DNA of 62,265 nucleotides from a virus (Duplodnaviria; Caudoviricetes), in the IMG/VR virus record IMGVR_UViG_3300042291_000296, positions 1 to 62,265 of that record. One strand, 5' to 3'. Below, piece by piece: positions 29,876 to 39,600 of this stretch (position 1 is the stretch's first letter; each line of letters starts with the position of its first letter). The position numbers and the translations under genes are program-made. A model generated the notes under the pieces. It was not told the DNA's origin. It searched no databases and worked only from the letters and a program-made list of their open reading frames with translations.

Positions 29876-30685
29876 ATGGCAGATGTAACTATTTCGTATT
29901 CTGAGAATGTTTCTGGGTGGACCTCATTTTGGTCTTACATACCCGAATGGATGGTGTGTCTAAATAGTAATTTTTATACGTTCAACCAGGGTAATTTATA
30001 TAGACATAATGACGTGTCAGTTCCAAGGACTAGGTACTACAATAATGTTGTTTATGGTTGCAGTGTTCAGACGATATTTAATGACGATCCAGCAAGCGTA
30101 AAAATGTTTAAGACAATAGATCTTGACTCCAACAATAGCTGGAACGTAAGTCTAACTACAGATCTTCAGGACGGAAGTATATCAAGGGATTGGTTTGAAG
30201 TAAAGGAGGGGGAGTGGTATTCATTTATACGATACAATCCAGAAAATCTATCATTGCTTACTAACATCAGTCAGGTAGATGCATCGGCAAATTATATGCG
30301 AGGAATGGGAACAATAGCAGCGGAAGCTTCTCCTATATATACATTAAATTTAAATGCAGTTACTCCTAACTTTAGCACTACATATCCATATGGATCAAGC
30401 GTGTATACGATAGATCTAAGTACTACTGTACCACCAGGCGGGACACTTGTGTATCTAGGTCAGCTTGACTTTACAACTAATTCAGGAGAGGTTCACATGA
30501 TACCAGCTACTGTGGTGGCCACCCCAACTGTGGGTCAATACCTAGTATCTATATCAGATCCACTCGCACAGTCATACGGTGTTAGGGGTTACTACCTAGA
30601 CATTACATTGACTCTCCCAATTACAGAGACCGCAGAGACAGAATTATTTGCTGTTGGAACGTCAGTTTTCAAAAGTTATATGTAA
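29876..30685 (+). CDS. Tail muzzle/stabilization protein, C-terminal part
   Basis: TISYSENVSGWTSFWSYIPE, FNDDP..VKMFKTI, FEVKEG, GVRGYY and ELFAVG resemble the usual C-terminus of this family. Confidence 0.7.
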   Translation: MADVTISYSENVSGWTSFWSYIPEWMVCLNSNFYTFNQGNLYRHNDVSVPRTRYYNNVVYGCSVQTIFNDDPASVKMFKTIDLDSNNSWNVSLTTDLQDGSISRDWFEVKEGEWYSFIRYNPENLSLLTNISQVDASANYMRGMGTIAAEASPIYTLNLNAVTPNFSTTYPYGSSVYTIDLSTTVPPGGTLVYLGQLDFTTNSGEVHMIPATVVATPTVGQYLVSISDPLAQSYGVRGYYLDITLTLPITETAETELFAVGTSVFKSYM

Positions 30686-30693
30686 ATTTGTTT

Positions 30694-31095
30694 ATGGATG
30701 TAAGGTATTTAATAGACAGCGACTACGAAGTACTAGTCGACTGGTGGAAAGATTGGAGATGGGACGCACCTCCAAGGGATATGCTCCCACAAGACGGAGT
30801 TGGTGGTTTAATGGTTTCTAAGGATGGCGTTGACATATGTGCTGGGTTTATATACTTCACAAACTCAAAGACGGCATGGATAGAGTTTATAGTTTCAAAC
30901 TTCAAGTACAAAGAAAAAGATAGGAAGCAGGCTCTAGAGTTCTTAATATCTTCCCTTGTAGACGTAACAAGAGATGTAAACAAGTGCAAGTACATATACA
31001 CATCATTAAAGAGTCCCAGCCTTATAAAGAGGTATGAAAATTGTGGATTTAAGTCTGGCAGTACAAGTTGCACTGAAATGATTATGACTATATGA
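30694..31095 (+). CDS. GNAT-fold acetyltransferase-like protein
   Basis: ICAGFIYFTNSKTAWIEFIVSN...LIKRYENCGF; usual position before podovirus ejection proteins. Confidence 0.7.
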   Translation: MDVRYLIDSDYEVLVDWWKDWRWDAPPRDMLPQDGVGGLMVSKDGVDICAGFIYFTNSKTAWIEFIVSNFKYKEKDRKQALEFLISSLVDVTRDVNKCKYIYTSLKSPSLIKRYENCGFKSGSTSCTEMIMTI

Positions 31096-31577
31096 AGGTA
31101 AACCATTTCATGGTGATAGATGATTTCTTAGAAAATCCACATGGCCATATAGAAGATATATTTAATAACGAGTTTATAGATTACCAATCAGAGTCTGGCA
31201 TATTTAGAAATATACAGGTAAGAGATGACGAGGTAAAAGATACGGTACATGGGATATTGCCTGATTACGATGTGGTTCATAATTTTGTTAGGATGTCTCC
31301 ATATGGTCAGATAGAGCCAAACAACGTACACAACGATGAGATCATGGGAGATATCACGTGTGTGTTATATTTAAGTCTTAACCATCCAAGTGATGACGGC
31401 ACAACAATATATGATTGTGAAGACAAGATGATAGACGTAAGGTCTAAGTTTAACAGAATGTTTATTTTTGACTCCGCACTATATCATAGTCGGAATATTT
31501 TTAGTAACTTTGGTGTTGACAAATCATCAAGACTTATACAGGTCTTATTTTTAAATAAAAAAAAATGGCAGCAGTAA
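31092..31577 (+). CDS. 2OG-Fe(II) oxygenase
   Basis: VIDDFL, HxD (VHND), TCVLYL, GT, NRMFIFDSALYHS, distal RLIQVLF. Confidence 0.8.
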   Translation: MKVNHFMVIDDFLENPHGHIEDIFNNEFIDYQSESGIFRNIQVRDDEVKDTVHGILPDYDVVHNFVRMSPYGQIEPNNVHNDEIMGDITCVLYLSLNHPSDDGTTIYDCEDKMIDVRSKFNRMFIFDSALYHSRNIFSNFGVDKSSRLIQVLFLNKKKWQQ

Positions 31578-32194
31578 CATCAACAATAGTAGCACTAGGT
31601 GGTTTGGGTCTTAGTGCCGCTCAAGCTATCAAGGCAAACAAAGATATGAAAATAGCTAGTAAGGCATCTCAAGATGCCTCAAATCAGCTTAAAAGTATTA
31701 AAGAACAGAACGCATTTAAAAATGTCCAGGTACCTACACTAGGGTTTGACCTAGCACAAGAAGCAGGAGCACAAAGAGATGCTCAAGCACTTAATGCTAT
31801 ACAAGGAGCTGGAGCTGCTGGGGTAATTGGTGGTGTTGGGCAATTAGCTCAGGTTGGTTTACAAGGGGACTTACAACTAGCTGCATCTGCACAGGATGCT
31901 CAATATAATAGAGATCTACAACAGGCAAACGCAGAGCAGGGTATTGAGGCTAGAAGAGGAGAGAGAGAGTTTAATATAGGAATGGGAGAGAAGCAAGACG
32001 CTGAACTACGTAGGGCTCAGGCACAATCAAGAAAGACTGCTGCAATTAATTCAATGGCTACATCTGCTGGGTCGGCACTGACTGGTATAGGCGGAATATT
32101 AGACAAAGACAAACCAACTTTAGACGATCCATATGGATATGAAGCATACAAAAAGACGCAACAAATAGGTGAAAGGATGAGGGGTAAATGGTAA
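31565..32194 (+). CDS. Internal virion/ejection protein
   Basis: G/A/Q-rich with hydrophobic Gly-zipper segments. Confidence 0.7.
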   Translation: MAAVTSTIVALGGLGLSAAQAIKANKDMKIASKASQDASNQLKSIKEQNAFKNVQVPTLGFDLAQEAGAQRDAQALNAIQGAGAAGVIGGVGQLAQVGLQGDLQLAASAQDAQYNRDLQQANAEQGIEARRGEREFNIGMGEKQDAELRRAQAQSRKTAAINSMATSAGSALTGIGGILDKDKPTLDDPYGYEAYKKTQQIGERMRGKW

Positions 32195-32227
32195 AAATAA
32201 GTAAAGGAATAACTAAAGTAATTTAAT

Positions 32228-33658
32228 ATGCCAATCAAAGATTATAGTACATATATACCAACAGCAGGTGTTGACTGGGGTAAAATAACCGAGGGTTTAA
32301 TCGGTAACATTAATGCAGTAGAGACTGGAAGAAAAGCAAATGATTTAGCAGTAGAGAAAGAAAAGGAAGCACTTGACTTAATCATGACCGATGCAAATGC
32401 GCTAATGAATAAACAGCAGTTGTATTCCTCACAAAACTTAAATGACTTTATATTAAACGGCGCTGATGCTGGAAGACAAAAGATATCAGAATGGAACAAA
32501 CTTTTAAAGAGCGGTCAATTAAGCCCTAAAGACTATAAAAAAAGAATAAATGCTCTCAACGATAATTGGAGCACGCTTGCAGGAACAGCAAAGCAATTTG
32601 ACGCAGCGAATAAAACGCTTATGGATAGACAGATTCCAGATGCAAAAACTGGAAATCCAACAGGTAGCCCATTTGAACAATATTTAGCTCTAATTCAAGC
32701 TGAACTTGGAGACTTAAAAGATAAAAAAATATTTTTTGACAATGAAACTGGAAAGTCTTATATTTCAAAAATATCAGATGGTAAGGTAGTTGATATGACA
32801 TCTACAATGAGTTACGCCCAACCTAATAATTTCCTTGATAATTTCTTTGATGTAGATAAAGAAATCATTGATCTTACTAAGAACCTTGAGCCTTATAAAA
32901 TAGAAAAGATAGATAGTAAGGGAAATAAAATAACTGAAGATCCATTTCAAAACGAAGCAACTGTGAACACCGTTATCGCATTCGAAAACGTTGTACTAGG
33001 TAACCCTCGATATACAGCTTCAGTTTTAGAAAAACTTTCTGGATCTAATATGGACTACTATAGAACAGATGAAGAAAAAAACCAAAAGATAAATGATCTT
33101 TTTGAAACAAAAAAGAAGGCAAGAGCTTATCTAAAACAACCTGATTATACAGCTGAAGAAGAAAAAAAATTAAAGGAAGAGTTAGCCGAAACATTAATTT
33201 ATACTGCGCTTGACCAAAATCAAGTTTATCAACCTGTTCCATCTGAAAAACAAATAGCGAAAGCTAAGAAACTTATTGATGATCAAATAAGATCACAGGT
33301 TGGATATGTAGGGACAATTGAAAGTATTAGTAGGGGCGGTGGCGGTGGCTCTGGAGGTGGCTCTAGAGGTGGCTCTGGGAAACCAACTGCTACAGAAATA
33401 AAGAATGCAGCAGATGAAAAAAAACAAAATGATTATTTTACTCAGGTATTGAATTCATGGGGTAACTCAAGCGAAATAGCGTCAATGCTTGGACGAGAAT
33501 ATAAGGTGACATGGGATCCTGGGAAAGGCATGGGTATAAAAAAAGAAGGTACAAAAGCTGCATATGTTTACTATAAACACCCAAGAGAAATGTTTGACCT
33601 ATTCGGATATGGCTCACCAGATAACAAAATAGCGTGGACTTCATTCTTTAAAAAATAA
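32228..33658 (+). CDS. Internal virion/ejection protein
   Basis: Helical, Gly-rich linker; lies between the small and giant ejection proteins. Confidence 0.65.
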   Translation: MPIKDYSTYIPTAGVDWGKITEGLIGNINAVETGRKANDLAVEKEKEALDLIMTDANALMNKQQLYSSQNLNDFILNGADAGRQKISEWNKLLKSGQLSPKDYKKRINALNDNWSTLAGTAKQFDAANKTLMDRQIPDAKTGNPTGSPFEQYLALIQAELGDLKDKKIFFDNETGKSYISKISDGKVVDMTSTMSYAQPNNFLDNFFDVDKEIIDLTKNLEPYKIEKIDSKGNKITEDPFQNEATVNTVIAFENVVLGNPRYTASVLEKLSGSNMDYYRTDEEKNQKINDLFETKKKARAYLKQPDYTAEEEKKLKEELAETLIYTALDQNQVYQPVPSEKQIAKAKKLIDDQIRSQVGYVGTIESISRGGGGGSGGGSRGGSGKPTATEIKNAADEKKQNDYFTQVLNSWGNSSEIASMLGREYKVTWDPGKGMGIKKEGTKAAYVYYKHPREMFDLFGYGSPDNKIAWTSFFKK

Positions 33659-33661
33659 ATA

Positions 33662-36600
33662 ATGGCAGAGATTGATGATGAAAATATTGTTAATGAGGAC
33701 AATCAATATTCTAGGGTTGATAATACAACTACCGAACCACCATTTAAATTTTCTTTAGATCAATATCTTAGCGATCTAACTGTTGATCCAATAACAACTG
33801 TTCCAGAAGTAACGGTAACGCCAAACGATGGGTTGTCTTCATACATGAGGACGTACTTAAATAACATTCAATCGGGTGCTAAAAAGGCAATGTCAAATGT
33901 AGACTTTAGTTATTTAGGCGGTGTTTTTGAGAAAGGATATGAAGGTGCACTTCGTGTCGTAGATCAAAATATTCAGGCGTTAAATATTTCTGAGGAAGAC
34001 AGAGCTAATATATATAAAGATCAAAAAAAAATTGATCAATATGTACAAGTGTATAATAACTGGAGAGACAGTGGGGGTACTGGTGAATTTGTTTTGTTTA
34101 ATCCAGATTTAGATCCTGAAACAGAATTTTCGGCAGAAAAACTTGGAACACAATTAAGCAAAAGAGAAAAAAAGTTGACTCAAGAAGAAATGAGGAAGCA
34201 AAACGAAACGGTAGTAAGAAGTAATAAGATAACGTCTGCTAATTTAAACATAAAACCAAAACCACTACCAAATAAAATAGCAACAACATTTGATGAAAAT
34301 ACGGGAGGATATATAACTGAATATCAACCAATCGAAAATAAAACTCTGGAACAGGAGATATCAACAGAAGTTATTCCTTCTTATATAGCTCAGACTAAAT
34401 TTTACGAAAAATTAGAAGAGAATGCTACTGCTAAAAGCATTATAAGTTTTAACAGGATTATGGAAGATAAAAGAAATCCTGCCTTAGGGTTTTTTGAAAA
34501 TGTTGTGCCCAAAGAAGTACTTGAATCTTCCCTAAAACAGATACAAAACAACTATACTGCTGATGGATATCTTGCCTACACAAAAGCTAATAATCTTCCT
34601 GCTGAACTAGACGTAAATACGTTAAACAATCATTTTAAAGGCACTGATATCTATTTTGATATGGATAATGGGGAGCTTAGGGTAAACTATGGAACCGCTA
34701 CAGAGAGAGCACTTCAAGAAAGTCCAGCAGATAGTTGGCTTATGCAGGCATATGAATATTTTTCTTATGCAGAAAGTGTAGGCCAGAATTCTCTAGTTTT
34801 TGATCCATCAAATCCAGAAGAATTATCTCAATGGATTCAAACGACATTGCTCACAGCAGAAGAGGAAAAAAGTATTAACACTGGCGACGTTGAAAAGAAT
34901 AGAAATAATTACTATAAACTACAACTTAGTCATCCTGAAAAATTTCAATCATCGCAGATTGACACCAAAGCAATTAATAATTATGTTGTTAAACAAAAAG
35001 AACAAGTAATTTACATAGCAAAACGGTTAGAATCAGATAAAAATGAATTGGATAAGTTAAAAGGAACTGAAACAATAATTAAATATGATAATCTTGCAAA
35101 AGAATTCACAACATTAAACGATAAGTTAACTGGAATAAAAAAAAATTTAGAGGGTAAAAAAAATCCGTCAGAAAAAGATATTAATGACTATAATTTACAA
35201 GTCGAAAATCTTAACAAAATTTATCAATCCATAGAACAATTAAAGAAGACTGACGAATTTTCTTATTATTCTGATTTAAACAAATCATTTGTCAGAAATT
35301 CAGAAGATCTGGTAAAGCTTAATGAAAATGCAAAAACGATTGAAGAACAAAATAAAGTAGTAGTTGCTAAAAAATACATAGAAAAAGAAGCACAGGGATC
35401 ATTTGTTGGAAATATAGCATCAGGACTTTATACAGGAATGATGGAGAAGGCAGAGAGTTCGGTTGTTTTAGCACTAGATGCAGCTGTAGGGACTGGGCTT
35501 ATTAAGGTTGACGATCTTTTCGGTCCTTCATACGCTGTGGATTTAGATAAAAGTGATACACAGAAGTACAATGAGTTTAAGAGGGAACTATCTAATGTTT
35601 TTGACAATGAAATAATAAATCGATATACTGAAGCAGCTTTTGGTACTACTGAGGAGTACGCTCAATCTGATAAAAGAAATGACTTTGAAAAATCTGCTCG
35701 AATGGTATCGGAATCATTAGGCGCAATGGCGGGTGGAGGTGGAAATAAATACCTTACTCTTTTTGGATTTTTCTCTCAGTCATACAATGCGATAAATAAA
35801 GAAATGAGGGGGGAGGAATTTGATGATTTAACTTCCTTTGAAAAAAATATATTGGCTGTACCAGTCAGTATAGCGGTGGGATATTTAGATAAACTTGGTG
35901 CAAAGATCTCACTTGGGGATCCTTTAGTTGAAAAATTATTACTTAAAACACTTGCAAAAGCTGTAACAGAAATCCCTAAGGATGCCACCATAGAATATGT
36001 AGAGTCAGTTGTGAAAAAAAGTATTGCCAACCAAATAGCACTAGGTACACTTAAGATTGTGGGAAGCTCATTTGCTGAAGGATTTACTGAGGGGGGTCAG
36101 GAGGTAGCAACTATGAGTGCAAAAGCTATATTTAATGAATACCACAAAAAAGATTTATTTAATTTACCAGATATAACTACCGAAAAGGGAAGGCAAGAGG
36201 CTAAGGATATTGTACTCGAAAATCTTTATTATGGAACGATTGGAGGGGGTATAATGTCAAGTGGAGAGCAATCTGTATCAGCCCTAAAAAATGGTTTTGA
36301 TAATTCAAAAGCAGACGCTAAATTTGATTTGTTGTACAATACAATAACTGACCCAGAATTAATTTTAACAGCTAAGAATGCTATAAAACTAGATTTAGCT
36401 AATAAAAAAATAACTAGAGAAACTGCCGAACAACGAATGGAGAGCGTGAACAGTGTATACTCTTTGTTTAAATCTATTCCAAAAGAATTGTCTACTGAAC
36501 AAAAAAAAGAGGCATTTAATTTAATAAGAGAAAAGCAAACAATAGAAAAAGAAATAGAAGGAAAGGATCCTGCATTAGTAAACGCTCAAAAAACCAGAGT

Positions 36601-39600
36601 CTCTGAAATAAATGAATCACTTAAAACAATAAGCAACAATGCCGCTAAAGAAACCACAAACAAACAGCAAGCAGGCACAGCAGAAGGCGGTGTCAGCGAA
36701 TATCAAGGAACTAGTGAAGGACAACCAGAAGGCGGGCAAGTCGAAGGGGGACAACGGAAAGCCACGGTCAATGAAACAGATAGTCGCAATAGCACTATCC
36801 CAAGCAAAGTACAAGAAGAAGTAACTACCTACAGAGCTGAAGAACAAGCGGAGCTTCTTAAGGTTATACCTAAAATAGAAAATTACAAGGTAAATGGTGA
36901 GATAGATAAAACTCTCATGCCAAAGACTGTACTAGATAAGTACAATAAGGTTTACAACAAGTATGACAATTTAATCAGTCCACTATTAGAGACCACAGGT
37001 GAAATCACAATCAACAAGCCTGCCATTGCTACCAATACAACAGCTGAGGTTAGCCGAGTAAAGTCATTGAAAGAAGTTGATGAGGATGGGGCTACATTTA
37101 ATATTGACGGGGTTAAGTACGAAGGTCCTGGATTGGTTGTACCTGTAATCAGCATGAACACAACAATGGAGGAGATTACTCCAGAGATGATATCTAACTT
37201 TGTTGAAGAGCACTCTGATAAGATCGGAGATTCTGAGACGGTAAAGGTTGGTATCTATAAGTTCCCTAATAGTAATCAGGTGTCTATAGACCTAAACATA
37301 CTTGCACCTGAATCATCTAGAGGTCAAGCTATTGAGTTTGGTCGATTGTCAGGACAGGAGTCTCTGTTTGACATGAGCACATTTGAAAATGTAAAGACTG
37401 GAGCTACAGGAGAAAATCCAATGCAGTTTACACCAAAGCAGTTTAAAGAAATTGCTAAGGCGTTAAAGGAGGGCAGGATGCCAAATGTTTTTGACAGTAA
37501 AGCAACTACAGCTAAAAAAATAGATTACAAGCAAAACTTAGTTACCCCTGAGAACTCAAGAGAAGTAGCATCAAAACAAGATACACCGTTAAAACAAAAA
37601 ATAGCTAAGTCAGCAGCTATGATAATGAAGTCTTTGCCTGGTGTTAAGATCTATCTTCATAACAATCAGTCAGAGATGCACCAAGCCATAGCAGATACAA
37701 CTGGTAGAAATGTAGATGATATATCTGATGAGGTAGGAAATGCAGCAGGAGCTCAAATTAAGAAAGAGATTCATGTAAACATGGATACTGCTAAGGAAAC
37801 TACAATACTACATGAGGCATTCCACGAGGCAATACTAAGATCTGGCAAGTCTTTTCAGACTATAACTGACTTTGCTAATGGTCTTAAAAATATTATATCA
37901 GACAAAGACGTTAAAGCTAAGTTAGACAAGTTTATCTCTATGTATAATGAATCAGATAGGGCAGAAGAGTTTCTATCTGAGCTTGGAGCTATTATGTCCG
38001 AAGCAGAGACTGAGCTAACAACCACAAAGTTTCAAAAGTTTTTAAATCTAATCAATAGAATAGCTAGAAGCTTAGGCCTACCTGTAATAATAAAGTCTAG
38101 TGCAACTGCACAAGAGGCTGTTGACTTTATTAATTATATGTCTAAAAGTCTTAGGACTGGTAAGGCGATTGAGGGAGATTATAGAGGTGAAGGTAAAATT
38201 AAAAGGCAGGACATAGAATTAAATGCTGAAATAAAAAAATCTCTTTCTGAGCAAGATTCTATTAAAATAGCTAAAGAAGTAGTAGATAAAACTATTAAAG
38301 GAAAGGCTATACCTACATGGGTACAAAAAAAGACTTCCAATAAAGTTAAATTTGTTTCGTTTTCAGGAGAAATTAATCAAAAAAATGTAAAGGAAAATGC
38401 TCCTTCAAGTTATAATAGTACAGCTGCTAAATTTTCAAATTATAATACTTTTAATATTAATGTAAAACAAGAATTAAATAATTCTTTAGCTGGAGCTAGT
38501 AAAGAAAGTATAAATAAAGCTCTAGAACATAATAAAAATAAATTATTACCTAAAATAAATTCATTATTAAAAGAAATTGTAAAAATTAAAAGTAATAAAA
38601 AATTAACTAAAGAAGAGAAATTAAGTAAGATAAGTTTAAGAAATGAAGCTATTGTTAATATTAAAAAAATAGCAAAAATGAAAGATCTTAATGATCAATT
38701 AAATGCTGTTTTAAATATTGAACATAAATCAACTAAAGATTCATTGTATAATAGTATGTTTTATGATTTATCAACTAATTTAAAAAGATTAAAAGGACTA
38801 GAACTTGAAAATAAATCTGAAGGTATTTATAAAAAAGCAAAAGATATTGTTAAGTCAAATCTTTTATCTGTATATAATTCTGTTTCACCTAGAATTAGAC
38901 AAATAAGTAAATTATGGTATGATGGAGCTAATTTAATAGCTCAAGATATGGCTAATAACTATGAGTTAACTAATGAGCAGGCAGCTGCAATAATAGCAAC
39001 TCAATCCCCTCAGATGCCGTGGTTTGACAACTTACATCTTGCTGATGTAATTATGAATTTAATGCATTCAGAAAGTAATAGTATATTTACTAAAGAATTA
39101 TTTGATTATTATGTATCTAAATCTGAAGGGTATGCAGAACAGAAAAAATATATTCCTACTCTTTTAAAAGCTATAGGAACTCCTTTGTCTAAATTATCAG
39201 ATTTAGATGCTGCTATTTTTATTAGAGCTTATTATGACACTAAATTAAGTAGAAAAGCACCTATTAGAATACCAACTGGAACAGCTATATCTGAGGATCA
39301 AAAAGGAGATTCATCATTTAGTGGTTATAGTGTAATAGCTAAGGGTATATCTATATTTAGAGATGGGAGTATTGAAAATATATCTAATCAATTAGGAGAA
39401 GCAAATAAGGTTAGAAACTTTTACATGAATATTGCAGATCCATCTGACAAGAGAGCTGTAACTATAGATACTCATGCTATGGCAATTGCATTGTTTAAGC
39501 CATTAGCATCAAATGATTATGAAGTAAATTTTGATGCTGCTACATTTGCTTTTTATGCTGATGCATATAGAGAGTTAGCTGATGAATTAGGAATTGAAGC

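Noticed and set aside
34800-35009. Third nested ORF in the giant gene
   Set aside because: Non-ATG start, no recognisable pattern, and the main frame there is not a low-complexity linker.
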